Of a stretch of DNA of 64,000 bases, positions 40,060-53,209 are shown in pieces. A program made the position numbers and the translations under genes. Source of the DNA: Octopus vulgaris (Eukaryota); the NCBI GenBank assembly GCA_951406725.2, contig OX597822.1:10788001-10852000 (forward strand), read 5' to 3'. Under the pieces are notes generated by a model, which was not told the origin of the DNA, made no database searches, and worked only from the letters and a program-made list of their open reading frames with translations. The stretch's first letter is position 1; every line of letters starts with the position of its first letter.

Positions 40060-41584
40060 CACCGTACAACAAATTTCAGTATCAAGAAAAAACATATACA
40101 TTTTTTTTGACGTTGATTGTGCTAAATTCGACTTTTATAACTAAAATGTCCGATCACGTCATGATTTCTTCGTTTATAGGACGTCTCAGGTGCGTTACGC
40201 TTCAGGTTCCAAAGAAACCAGTCAGTTGGGTTCCATTTTCGCTTATACCTGTTGTCCATTAACGCTATATCTTGATGGAACTCTCTCCATGTTCATCACT
40301 CACATCTCCTGCATTCTCTGGGAAGAAGGACAGATGAGAATGAAGGAAGTGTTTTCTTAGTGACATATTGCATCCGAGATCTTGGTGGCACTTGGTGGAA
40401 CTTAGTGGCACTTATACCTCCTCGCTGAGCCACTTGTTGCTTTTCCAGAAGCCCTTTGCATACATCCTTGAATGCGTGCCAGGCCGCTAGCTCAGTTTCA
40501 TCCATTGTCGCCTTGAAGTCCTCATCAGCTATAAATTGAGGAATCTGAGGGCCTACGAATATGCCCTCTTTAACCTTGACATCACTTATGTTTGGGAAGA
40601 TCACCTTGAGGTACTGGAAACATGGCTTGTTATGTTGCAGTGCTTTAGTAAATTGCTTCATTAGGCCCAATTTTATATGCAGTGGTGGCGAAATGATCTT
40701 CTGCTTCTTAACTATTGGCTCATAATTTACATTATGGCATCCAGGCGTCATAGTTTCCCGATGTGGACATTCTGAGCGAACATGATATTCAGATCTGACC
40801 CTACTGTCTCACTTGTAAAAGGAAACGCATAGACTTGGTGTATCCAGTTTCTAGCACATTAAGTAGGGCTACTACTTTCAAGTCTACACAAATTAGCCAC
40901 TCATGCTTCTTGTAATTTGTGCGGTCTAGAATAAAAGTGAGGTTCACTCTTAAAATGACTGAGTGAGCAATTGGAGCTGAAGGCATGGTATTCCCAATAT
41001 GCAACAGAACCGCCTTTATGCTGTAAAAGGATGCATCTACGAATAACTTTCATTCATTTGGTTCATAGGTCAGCTCAGGAGCATTGAATAGGTCTCTGAT
41101 ATCACTACAATAAGTCAAGTTGTTTTCCATAGTGAAGAATTACTGTAGATCTGCAGAACGCTTCCTCAATACAGGTTCCATTGTTACAGACGTGAAGCCA
41201 GGACTTCATTCTGATGCTTAGTAAGTGTTAGATCACGAACTAGACCATTGAGTTCAGGTTGGGTGATGAGGTGTGGTTTCTTGCCAGATTTACCACGGAT
41301 TTGGACCCATATAGCTATAAAAATAGTGAGTGTACTTCTATAATTTTCATAGGTTAGGTTGACAAAGACCATTAAAATTATATGAGAATCCGTTCAGAGT
41401 TGTCAGTTTCGGCCCAATCCTGTTTGCACTCAATTCCTAAGGAACCGACTTTAACGTAAGATGGTAATTTACGAGAAACAGAAGGTCACAGAAAAAAACC
41501 GACGTCATATTCGTGATCTACACACAAAACGCCGCTAGAAAAGGTTATTCTAATTTCCGTTATTTTTTTCATTGTTATACAGTT
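40060..41584 (-). mobile_element. Chapaev3 (CMC) DNA transposon, internally deleted, both termini present
   Basis: Transposase motifs PHLITQPELNGLVRDL, HEWLICVDLKVVALL, PPLHIKLGLMKQFTKAL, KVKEGIFVGPQI; imperfect TIR CACCGTACAACA / TGTTATACAGTT; TTA on both flanks (40057-40059, 41585-41587). Confidence 0.85.
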
Positions 41585-41856
41585 TTATATTATTGGTATA
41601 AATGTAAATTTGTAATCCAGGTATAGAAACTGGAGGTTTCGAAGCGGTTGTCCATAATTGTCTTCTTTCTCTTTGACGTTCAAAGAGATATTCACATCAG
41701 CAGGACAGCTTACCTCTGACCCAAACCTCAATATCCAGCCTGTTATGCTTACACTCGACGAGTATTTTAATGAGAATATTCCACCAGTATTCCACGTGCT
41801 GGTATCTCTGTACGTGTATGTATGTATAAGTATAGAATGCGCACAGTCATACACGT

Positions 41857-41890
<34 letters not shown>

Positions 41891-41976
41891 TAATAATAAA
41901 ATATTAGGGAATAAATCCAAATTTACAGGGAAAAATCAGACTTAGGATTAAATCCAATTTTATAGTAAAATATTAA

Positions 41977-42226
41977 ATTATATTAAATTAGAGATAAAAC
42001 CACTATTAGGCAAATAAAACAATGAAAAACATAAGCCAATACATAAAATTAATTAATTTATATTATTTTAAATATATATCAAAAGTATTAAAAGTTATCA
42101 TTATCTTTTATTAAACTTTTAATACTTTTGATATATATTTAAAATAATATAAATTAATTAATTTTATGTATTGGCTTATGTTTTTCATTGTTTGATTTGC
42201 CTAATAGTGGTTTTATCTCTAATTTA

Positions 42227-42233
<7 letters not shown>
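41977..42233. repeat. Palindrome with 120-bp arms and a 17-bp loop, between (TA)n tracts
   Basis: 41977-42096 is the reverse complement of 42114-42233 with one mismatch seen. Confidence 0.95.
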
Positions 42234-42287
<54 letters not shown>

Positions 42288-42661
42288 ATATATGTACACA
42301 TGCACATTGTGTGTATGTGTGTGTGTGCGTGTAAGTATGCATGCTAGTATGAATGCGCCTGTAACTGTTTAAAACGCCTTGATCAGCTATTACGTGCGCA
42401 CTTATATACACGCTCTGATAAACACCGCACCATAAATACATATACAGATATACGCAGTCTTATGTATCAAGCGAAATTACACGTAGCTAACTGTTACTTT
42501 GGCAACCTTTGAACCATAATCATGAGCCTTCTATTTCTCTCCCGTTCACTACCTGTTCCTCTCTTCCTCTTTCCCTTTCAGAAATCAAAGACCACCATCT
42601 GAGTGAATGGCGCGAAAATTATAATAGTATAGAGATGTGCTGGTCATTTCTAGTATTTTAA

Positions 42662-42800
42662 AGCGGCGAGCTTGTAGAATCGTTAGAACGCTGGACAAAA
42701 TGCTATGACGCATTCCTTGTCTTTTTACTTTCTGAGTTCAAATTCGGCCGACGTCGAATTTGCCTTTCATGTTTTCGAGATCGATAAACGAATACCTACT
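42662..42800 (+). mobile_element. SINE family B, diverged 5' part
   Basis: GCGGCGAGCTTGTAGAATCGTTAG...TTCTGAGTTCAAATTCGGCCGACGTCGAATTTGCCTTTCAT. Confidence 0.75.
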
Positions 42801-42857
42801 TCTTTCTACAAAAACTTCAATCGTTGTGCGTATTGTAGAAAAGTTATTTGCAGAATA

Positions 42858-43272
42858 GGCGCAGGAGTGGCTGTGTGGTAAGTAGCTTGCTAACCAACCA
42901 CATGGTTCCGAGTTCAGTCCCACTGCGTGGCGTCTTGGGCAAGTGTCTTCTGCTATAGCCCCGGGTCGACCAATGCCTTGTGAGTGGATTTGGTAGACGG
43001 AAACTGAAAGAAGCCTGTCGTATATATGTATATATATATATGTATGCGTGTGTGTGGTTGTGTGTGTCCCCCTAGCATTGCTTGACAACCGATGCTGGTG
43101 TGTTTACGTCCCCGTCACTTAGCGGTTCGGCAAAAGAGACCGATAGAATAAGTACTGGGTTTACAAATAATAAGTCCCGGGGTCGATTTGCTCGACTAAA
43201 GGCGGTGCTCCAGCATGGCCACAGTCAAATGACTGAAAACAAGTAAAATAGAGTAAAGAGTAAAGAGAGAGT
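42858..43272 (+). mobile_element. SINE family A, full length
   Basis: Complete head, body and (AGAGTAA)-like tail; possible AGAATA TSD. Confidence 0.93.
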
Positions 43273-44070
43273 AAGAATATTAAGCTACGTCATTGACTGA
43301 TAATCTGTGAGTAAGTTCTACTATTTTCGAGCAAACTGTTCATGAAAAGCGTCCAAGCATAACTAACATGCCAAGCTTACTTGTATGTGCGCATGCGTAA
43401 GCTTGGCCAATTTAGGGTGGTCAGTTGGCATCCAGCATATCTATGACACAACCTATCCATTAATGCCTTTGTGACATTTCAATATCTACCACACCTGTAT
43501 ATATGTGTACGTGTTTATACATTCATGCGAACATATAGACATGCGTATGTATTCGTTTTTATAATTTGCAATTAGACCGTTTTAAGCTATTATTTTCTAT
43601 AGACTGCATGAATAAAACTATATCTAACCCTAAAACTACAACAACCCTCGTAAATCACGTACAGACACACCCACACACATTCATGCACACAGGCACGCGC
43701 ACACACACGTGCACACACACGCAAACACACAGAGATATGTGCGCGAGTACAAAGAAAAACCAAACGCAACAGTAAATCACCGACCATTGAGAAAAAACAG
43801 AAGCATAACTACAGGACAAAATCATTGTTTAGTACAACAGGGAAGTTACCCTCATCAGCTGCCTATCGGGCATCGTCATGATTTCGACACTCAAAGCAAG
43901 ATCAGTTATAGGTATATATAAAGCGAAATACTGGAGTCATTGTCTTTTTGTTTGTTTGTTTTTTTGATTTGTTTGTTTTTTGGCGGGGGTGCACTTTTTG
44001 ACAATCACTCGTTTATCGCACCCCAATTTACTTTTATTTCAGCCTCACTCTAAAAAGTGTTATTCAACAC

Positions 44071-44657
44071 CTGAAATTTTGTAGGAAGTATCCAAGTCGA
44101 TCAAATCGACCTCACTGTTCGACTGGTGCTTATTTCATCGACCCCGAAAGGATGAAAGGCAGAGTCAACCTCGGCGAAATTTGAAATCACAATGCAAAAC
44201 GGACGAAATACCGCTATGCATTTTGTCTGGCATGCTAACGATTCTGGTAGCAATAATAACAATCCTTTCGACTGTAAACACAAAGCTTGGAATTTTGAGG
44301 GAGGGGTATCATCGATTTCATTGACCCCAGTGCTCAACTGGTACTTATTTTATCGACCCCGAAAGAATGAAAGGCAAGGTCGACTTCTGTGGAATTTTAA
44401 TTCAGAACATAAGATGGACGAAATACCTATTTCTTTATTACCCACAAGGGGCTAAACACAGAGGGGACAAACAAGGACAGACATAGGTATTAAGTCGATT
44501 ACATCGACCCCAGTGCGTAACTGGTACTTAATTTATCGACCCCGAAAGGATGAAAGGCAAAGTCGACCTCGGCGGAATTTGAACTCACAACGTAACGCAG
44601 ACGAAATACCGCTAAGCATTTCGTCCGGCGTGCTAACGTTTCTGCCAGCTCGCCGCC
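44071..44657 (-). mobile_element. Cluster of three nested or tandem SINE family B copies
   Basis: Three repeats of ATCGACCCCGAAAGGATGAAAGGC(A/G)AAGTCGACC; intact head CTGCCAGCTCGCCGCC (rc) at about 44642-44657. Confidence 0.88.
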
Positions 44658-44669
44658 TGTTATTCACTT

Positions 44670-44927
44670 CCTGGGTGATGAGTTGAGTCCCTGAGAAAGA
44701 CACTTTATTTCACATTGATGCTGTCCACTCAGCTGGCAAAAATGAATAGTACCTGTATTTCAAAGGGGCCAGCTTCGTCACAATCTGTGTCATGCTGAAA
44801 CTCACTGAGAACTACATTAAGGCTACACGTGTCTGTGGAGTGCTCAGCCACTTGCACGTTAATTCCCCGAGCAGGCTGTTCCTTTGTTCGGATCAACTGG
44901 AAACCTCGTAACCGACGGAGTGCCACT
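44670..44927 (+). mobile_element. SINE family C body and tail
   Basis: GTCCACTCAGCTGGCAAAAATGAATAGTACC core-like segment; tail GATCAACTGGAAACCTCGTAACCGACGGAGTGCC; second copy near 30443. Confidence 0.6.
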
Positions 44928-47900
44928 TAATTCAATGACAATTCCTTATTTTCTTCAAATTATTAAGTAATACATTAAACAATAGACATTTTTCCTTCAG
45001 TTTTTTTATTCGTGATTGTGTAAGTGTTATTGAGTTCTCGTTTGAGAAAGATTTGGCTACTATTTCCTGCTGTTGGACAGATTACGTAAAGGTTCTCTTG
45101 TTTATATTTTTACAATTTTGTTTATCGATTTTCTGTGTTTTCATTGATTTCCATACTTTTTCACCAACAAAATTATTTTATTTGTTATTTTCTTATTTTT
45201 ATGATCTTTCTGTTTACATTTTTGTTTTATTTATTTGTATTTTTATATTTTGTTTTTTCCATTTCCGTTGGGAGACTTTTAAACATTTCACTTCAAACTA
45301 TATTTTAATACAGATACACAAGCATACCACTACCAAGCCATACCACACCACGCCACAACTACCACCACCACCAGCACCACCACCACCACAACCACCACCA
45401 CCAACTCTACCACTACCATCACGACAACCACTACTACCACCACCGCCACCGCCAATATCACGACATTCCCAAACTCACTGAAATACCACAACTGCGTATA
45501 ACAACCAACTACGCAACTGCTCCAACCACTACTACCACCACCAACACCACCACCACCACCACCACCACTCCTCCTCCTCCTCCTACTACTACTACCACCA
45601 CCACCGCCACTACCACTACTATTACTACAGCCACTATTATCACCACCACCACCATTACCGCTACTGCCTTCACCACTAAAACCACTACAACCACTACTAC
45701 TACTACTACCGCCATTGCCGTCACCACTACCACCACTAGAATCACTACTAACACAATTACCACCACCACTACCACCACAACTACTACCACCACCACCACT
45801 CCTCCTCCTCCTACTACAACTACCAATACAATTACCATTACCACTACCCCACTACTTCTAACACCATCTCAACCTTCCCTACTACCACCATAACTACCAC
45901 CACTTATACTACCATCATTAGCACCACTATAACCACCACCACTACAACCGGCATCATCTCGCATCACCACTAACAGCACTACATCCCCAACACCCAATCG
46001 CACATGCCATCACCTACCTATCACAATAGTAGTTGTAGTTGTGGTGGTAGCAGAGGTGGTAGTGATGGTAGTAGTGATGGTGGTAGTAGGGGTGGTAGTT
46101 TTGGTGGTAGTCGTGGAGGTAGTAGTAGTAGTTGTGTTGATTGTGGTGGCGGTTGTTGTGGTGCTATTGATTGTAGTGGTGGCAGTAGTGGTGTAATGGT
46201 TGTTGTGGTAGTGGTGGTGGTAGTTGTGGTGGTAATAGTAGTGGTAGTTGTGGTTGTAATGTTGGCAGTGATGGTAGTAGAGGCGATGGTAGTAGTGGTG
46301 GTAGCTTTGGTGGTGGTGGTGGTGGTGTTAGTGGTAGTTGTGTTGGTAATGGTGGTTGTTGTTGTGGTGGTAGTGATTGTAGTATTGGTAGTAGTGGTGA
46401 AAGCGGTGGTGGTAGTGATGTCGGTTGTTGCGGTCGTAGCGGTGGTAGTAGTGGCAGTAGTGGTGGTGGTGGTTGTTGTAGTCGTGGTACGGTACCGGCA
46501 GTGGCGGTAGTAGTAGCAGTAGTAGTGGTGGTGGTGTTATTTGTTATAGTAGTGGTGGTTGTCACCATACCACAGCTACTATTTGACTACCTCACCACAC
46601 AACTACCGCCATCACTATAATCTCCAACGCACAAACAAACACTCACCTACCACTACACTCCACCTCTATACTAGCTCACCACCCCGCTACTGCTACCGAT
46701 ACAACCACTAATACCTAGACACTACCTCACAATTAACCTCTTTTAACTATTACGCCCCTACACACTGCTACGCCACAACTACTACTGATTACCACCACCA
46801 CCACCACCACACCGCTATCACCATCATCACCACCAACACCACAGTTACCTCCACTACTGCCACCGTTACTATACCACTGCCACCAACACTATTGCCACCA
46901 CTACTACCACCACAACCATCACCACCATTGCCACTACCACCACAACCACCACACCGCTATCACCATCATCACCACCAACACCACAGTTACCTCCACTACT
47001 GCCACCGTTACTATACCACTGCCACCAACACTATTGCCACCACTACTACCACCACAACCATCACCACCATTGCCACTACCACCACCACTACCACATCCCA
47101 ATCACCATCATCACCACTAACATCATAGTCACCTCCGCTATTACCAGCGTCACTACCACCTCCATCACCACCACCACCACCACTACCACTACCACACTAT
47201 CATCATCATCACCACCAACACCATAGCCACCACAACTACCAACACTACAATCAAACCATTCTCACCACTACATACCACCATCACAACCATCACCCCTCCA
47301 CCACAACTACCAACACTACAATCAAACCATTCTCACCACTACATACAATTGACATACATGCGCGCGCACACACCACCCATTGCCCTTATGACCATTCTCA
47401 CAACCCCTCCCCTATTATCTCACTATCACCACCAAAGGGCATAACACAATACACATACCACTGCCACCACAGCCATTTCACCACCACCACTACCATTAAC
47501 TACCACCTCTACCACATCGCTGTCACCACCACATTCCATGTCAGACACGCAGACACATACACCAACACCGCCATCGGCACCGGCCTCCGTCATACACACA
47601 CATATACTCGTACAACATCGCATTTGTCATCACCACCACCACCACTACTCTATCACCATTACCACCACCACCACTTCTACCACCATCATCACCACAATCA
47701 CCAACTCCACCACCACCACCACCACTACCATCACCACCGCACCGCCATCATCACCACAATCACCAACTCCACCACCACCACCACCACTACCATCACCACC
47801 GCAACCACCGCAACCACCACTGCCACTACCACCGCAACCACCATCACCACCACCTCCAGTACCACCACCACCGCCTCAACTACTATTCCACCGCTCTAAC

Positions 47901-48416
47901 ATCCTCAGTCACGCCGCCACGGTCAAAATTCTCATCCCAATCCCATTATCGCCATCCTAAGCCCCAGCAGAAACTACCCATTTTCTCTAGAATAATTCAT
48001 TCCACCCCTGTTACCCCACTGCCAACACTACCACTATACAACTACTGAAGCTATGGCACTACCACCATTGCTGCAACACTGCCACTATGACAACACCTGT
48101 TTCACTATCATCGCTACGACATCTGGTGCTGTGCTGTAGCATTCACCACTACCACAACTGTACCAATACACTGCTACCGCAACCACTGTACTTCTGCCGT
48201 TACACTAACACCACTAGTCCATTACTACTACTACTGCTACTACTACTACCACCATTGCTACCACTACTACCACCACTACTACTAACAACATCACTAAAGT
48301 CACCATCCTTATCATCATCATCATCAAATACCATTATACCACCAGATCTACCACTAACCACTTCAACACCAAACCACCACCGCTAGTGTCTCTACACCAC
48401 TCCTCAGCCGATCATG

Positions 48417-48619
48417 TCCTTTTTACTATAGACGCAAGGCCTGAAATTTGGGGCAAGATTACATCAACCCCAGTGTTTCACTGGTACTTTAATTTATCGA
48501 CCACGAAAGGACGAAAGACAAAGTTGACCGTAGCGAAATTTGAACTCGGAACGTAGTGATGGGCGAAATACCGCTAAGCATTTTGTCCAACGTGCTAGCG
48601 ATTCTGCCAGCCCGCCGCC
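48417..48619 (-). mobile_element. SINE family B, full length
   Basis: Tail, core and head all present as reverse complement. Confidence 0.85.
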
Positions 48620-48665
48620 TTTCCATATGCCGATCATATCACCAAGAAAGCTTGTGTATCAATCG

Positions 48666-48892
48666 GGAGCAAACTGCGGATCGCGGGACTTTCTGAATGG
48701 CACGCCAGCGGAATATTACCTTGGAGCAAACTGCGGCTCGCGGGACTTTCTGAATGGCATGCCAAAAGAAATTACCTTGGAGCAAGCTGTCACTCGCGGG
48801 ACTTTCTGAATGGCACGCCAGCAGAATATTACCTTGGAGCAAGCTGCGGCTCACGGGACTTCCTGAATGGCACGCGAACGAAAAATTGCCTT
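48666..48892 (+). repeat. Minisatellite, 4 units of 56-57 bp, resembling a hAT/Charlie-type terminus
   Basis: Units start at 48666, 48723, 48779 and 48836: GGAGCAAACTGCGGCTCGCGGGACTTTCTGAATGGCACGCCAGCAGAATATTACCTT. Confidence 0.9.
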
Positions 48893-49917
48893 GAATGTTT
48901 TTAGTAGTATGACTCACCTGTTGCTGAGTTATGTCTCATGCGGCCCACTTCCCGAAATGTGTTGCACATGACTACTCTATATGGTCCCTTGCATTCCTAG
49001 AAAAAGCAGTCAATATGACTCATATTAAGCACTACCATTTTCGGAGCACACGAATTGATGCAGTAAATAATAATGTCTGAGACATACCCACTGCAAGGCG
49101 TGTTGGTCCTGGCTGGAATATGTTTGATCATAGGTTGATTCGACGACTGTTGACCTAAGACTTACAATAACAACAACCAGCCTTACATCACCGGAAACCT
49201 TTAATAATCTCGCGCCATTCCACAACTATGAACGACTACTACTACTACTACTACTACTACTTCAAACACTACCACCACCCCAACTACCTCAACCACCACC
49301 GTCACTGCCACAACGATCATTATCAGTATCATCATCGCTACAACAACACCATTGACAACATCACCACCACTACCACTACAACCTCAGCCCCTCCACACAC
49401 ATACACAAGAACACAACCACCACCAGTATCACCACCTCAACCAAACTACTACAAGCACCTCAACCGTACCACCACCACCACCTCCATCAACATCTCAGCT
49501 ACACCACTACCACCCACACCACATCAGTCACATCACTGTCACCACCAACACTAACACCACCACCACCACCACCACCAACCCACCATCACCGCCACACGCC
49601 ATATACACCACGCCACCTTACACACCACAATTCATAATCAAACGAACCGCGGGCTGCCAAGAATGTGGGACATCCTGGTGTCCAAATAAGAGAAACCCAG
49701 AGAGATGATATTGGATGTTCTATATGTCCTGCCAACACACATCAAAAGACAATTTTTACTTCAACAAAATATCGATGTCAGCTTAAAGTTGTCTGTTTTT
49801 AAACTATGCTACATTGTTTATACATTTACTTGTCGGGCTTAGGGAAACGGCTAACATAGTACATAGTGTACCGTCATAGTTTCTCCTCTCTTTTTCTTTT
49901 CTTCTTTTTCTGGTAGA

Positions 49918-50190
49918 CTAGCAGTGCTGCAGGGTTTTAAATAGTGTTTTATTAGCTAATTATTGCGTTTTACGATCCGCACATCCAGAACAGAAATAAA
50001 ATTAAGTGAGTGGGGCGAATTGCGGACTGAATTTTTAAATCGTAGTTAAGTAAATTTATTTTTGTGATTAATGACTGTTTTTTGACAAAGGGCATCATTG
50101 TTAAAATAGACTTCTTTAACTCCTTTACAAAATATTGAGATTATTTACAAGTAAATCGATAGGAGACCAGACAAAAGCAATATTTTAATC
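49918..50190 (-). mobile_element. Degenerate Helitron copy
   Basis: A|CTAGCAGT end and AAATCGATAGGAGACCAGACA segment shared with 6227-6512; hairpin decayed. Confidence 0.5.
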
Positions 50191-50218
50191 CTAAAATTAT
50201 TTATTTTTATTTAAGTTA

Positions 50219-50610
50219 GTAGCAGTATCGCCCGGCATTGCTCGGGTTAGTTTCGACCCTTTAGAACTGGAATTTTTGAAAAGTAAAAATTTTGCATTAT
50301 GTAGTTTGTTATTCTCTTTAAGTGAACATTTTTCTGGTTGAAATACACCGAAAATGGCGATACAGAAGTCAAAAATTCCTAAAAAATAGGTATTTTAATA
50401 GAAAAAAGCGCCTTTTTGATGGAAACAATTTTTGGTGTTAACATGGTCCGATTTGAATTTTTTCTTCTACGGAAAGACGAGCAAGCCTTCTTCTGTCATA
50501 CTCTCAATTTTGGTCAACTTGCGCCGCAGGATCTCGGAGGAGATAGTGTTAGTTGAAGGCTACCAAACCTGCCATACACAGACAACTTCAGCTTTATATA
50601 TAGAGAGAGA
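50219..50610 (-). mobile_element. Non-autonomous Helitron, different subfamily
   Basis: Same 3' end (TAGCAGTATCGCCCGGCATTGCTCGGGTT on +) and TC...TATATATAAAG 5' end, unrelated interior. Confidence 0.82.
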
Positions 50611-50685
50611 TGAAGTATATCACTGACATACTAACAATTACAATTGCATCTGTGTAAGCAGTTGTCAACTTGATTTTTGCTCCCA

Positions 50686-51056
50686 TTTAATCTTGTATTA
50701 GTCACTGGACTGCAGCCATCCTGGGGCACCACCTTGAAAGATTCAGTCATAGAACTCAACTCCAGTATTTATGTTTCTAAATCTGGTGCTTGTCATATCA
50801 GGGTCATTTGTCCAACTGCTTAGTCATGGGGTCATAAACAAACCAACACCAGTTGTCAAACTGTGGGGGTGGAGGGACAAAACAAACCCAAAGACACACA
50901 CACAGATATATATACACATGATGAGCATTTTTCAGCTTCCATTCACAATGCTTTGGTTAGCCCAGGGCTATAGTAGAAGACACTTGCCCAAGATGCCACA
51001 CAGTGGGACTGAACCCAGAACCATGTGAGGAAGCAAACTTCTCACCACAGCCACAG
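50686..51056 (-). mobile_element. SINE family A, older copy
   Basis: Reverse complement of the head (AGAAGACACTTGCCCAAGATGCCACACAGTGGGACTGAACC) and tail (GACTGCAGCCATCCTGGGGCACCACC). Confidence 0.82.
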
Positions 51057-51572
51057 CTGGCCCGGTTTTGGCTTGCTGGTTGGAAACTGGCCTAGGCTGG
51101 CTGGCTGGCCGGGCCTTGGTTTGCTGGCTGGAAATTGGCCTAGGCTGGCTGGCCAGGCCTTGGTTGCCCGGCTGGCCCGGATTTGGCTTGCTGGCTGGAA
51201 ACTGGCCTAGGCTGGCTGGCTGGCTGGTTGGTCGGGCCTTGGCTGCCTGGCTGGCCCGGATTTGGCTTGCTGGCTGGAAACTGGCCTAGGCTGGCTGGCT
51301 AGCCGAGCATTGGCTGCTTGGCTGACCCGGCCAAGGCTGGCTGGCTGGCCCTATTTTGGATGCCTGGCTGGCCGGGCCTTGACTTGCTGGCTGGAAACTG
51401 GCCTCTGTTTTTGATGCCTGGCTAGCCTGCCCTTTGCTTGCTGGCTGGAAACTGGCTTAGGCTAGCTGGCTGACTGGCCCTGTTTTGGATGCCTGGCTGG
51501 CCCGGCCTTGGTTTGCTGGCTGGAAATTGGCCTAGGCTGGCTGCCTGGCAGGGCCAGCCAGCCAGCTTGGGC
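51056..51572 (+). repeat. GC-rich irregular minisatellite built on GCTG/GGCT
   Basis: About 7 recurrences of TTGCTGGCTGGAAA(C/T)TGGC(C/T)T separated by variable (GGCT)n linkers. Confidence 0.9.
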
Positions 51573-52853
51573 TGTAAAATAGAAATGTGACTTATGCAAT
51601 TGTATGTCTTACATGCTAGAAAATACAGTGATTTCCTTTGAAATTGTCTCTTTGCAGAAGCATTTAACATGATGAATAATGTAAAGTTCAAATAGGTAGG
51701 ACTGAATTAGCAGTTTAGGAAAGGACATCTTTGAATATCAGATCAGTGCTTCTCAAAATACCTGATGTGCTGTACTGGCAGTTTTTTTCCCAATGTGCCA
51801 GGGACCAGTAATATTTCTTAGTAATATTAATTTATACTGGAAACAATATATGGCAGTCCAGAGAGACAGGACGAATGCTGCTATTGATTAGCTCCGAGAG
51901 GCTATCACCTGTAGCTAGCTATATGACACATGAACCTGCATCCAGACGCATTGCTTACGTAGACGTATTCGTACACGAAAGGTCACAAATTTCAGTGCTG
52001 TCTCCAAATTCTATAGAAAATCTGTAGAGACAAATTAAAAGAAATTACGCGCGTATGTGTGTGTGTGTGTGTGTGTATGTGTGTGTATGTGTGTGTGTAC
52101 AGTAGGAATTGAAAGCTTCACTGATTCAGTGTCGAATACATTTACGCCTGACAAACGAAATCCTTAGTTTGATCTGTCTGAAGATTGCCATTTCTCTGGC
52201 TGGATGAATAATGGTTAATATGGAACATACTTTTAGCCAAGTAATATGTATAGTTTCAAACCAAAGCTTACATGAAACGTAACAACTCGAAAGACAGGCT
52301 GGGCAGAACTTGTGTGTTCGTTCCTTTCTTGTTTACGAACGAAGTAAAGCCCGGTATAGAAAGTAACAATTGTTGCAACAACAGTGCAATAAATAAACGT
52401 ATTACATCTACAGCTATCGTGTACATATACTTGAGAGTCACTGGAAGTGAATGAGCCGCATATGTGTATGCATTTGTCTCTGTGTGTGTATAGCATGTGG
52501 AGACACTGTAAGTTTATTTTTTTTTTTTTATTTAATTTATTTTTTATTTATTCTGTAAGTTTATTTTTCTTTGCCTTCCCCACTTCACACTTAACTCACA
52601 TCTAACTATGACATTTCATTTTCAGCCGATATTATTTATTTTTTCGTGATTTTATTTGTATTTCTTTTGTTTTCTTAGTTTTTCTTTGTGTCGCGTTTTT
52701 TTATTGATTGTTACAATGAGTTCGCTTTTGTAATTGTATTTTATTCATTTATTTATTTATTTATTTATTTAATCATTTCATTACATGTAAATCCTCAGTT
52801 TATGTCAGATTTGTATTGTCCCCCTCATCCTTTGCCCTGGTGGCAAATAAATG

Positions 52854-52941
<88 letters not shown>

Positions 52942-52976
52942 CATCATCATTATCATCATCGTCATCATCATCATCA

Positions 52977-53046
<70 letters not shown>

Positions 53047-53065
53047 CATCATTATCATCATCATT

Positions 53066-53166
<101 letters not shown>

Positions 53167-53209
53167 CATTATTATTATTATTATTATCATCATCATCATC
53201 ATCATCATT

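Larger units (their letters stand above)
45325..49625. repeat. Cryptic (ACC/ACT)n low-complexity domain of about 4.3 kb, with an inverted (GGT) block and inserted elements
   Basis: Direct reading; polarity flips near 46026 and 46562. Confidence 0.9.

Noticed and set aside
45330-48390. Mucin- or extensin-like Pro/Thr/His-rich coding exon
   Set aside because: Frames are frequently interrupted, polarity flips, and no splice or signal evidence; cryptic trinucleotide repeat
48666-48892. CRISPR-like array
   Set aside because: Units are contiguous with no unique spacers, no cas genes, eukaryotic context
51744-51820. CAGTGCTTCTCAAA hAT-like terminus
   Set aside because: No matching second end or TSD found
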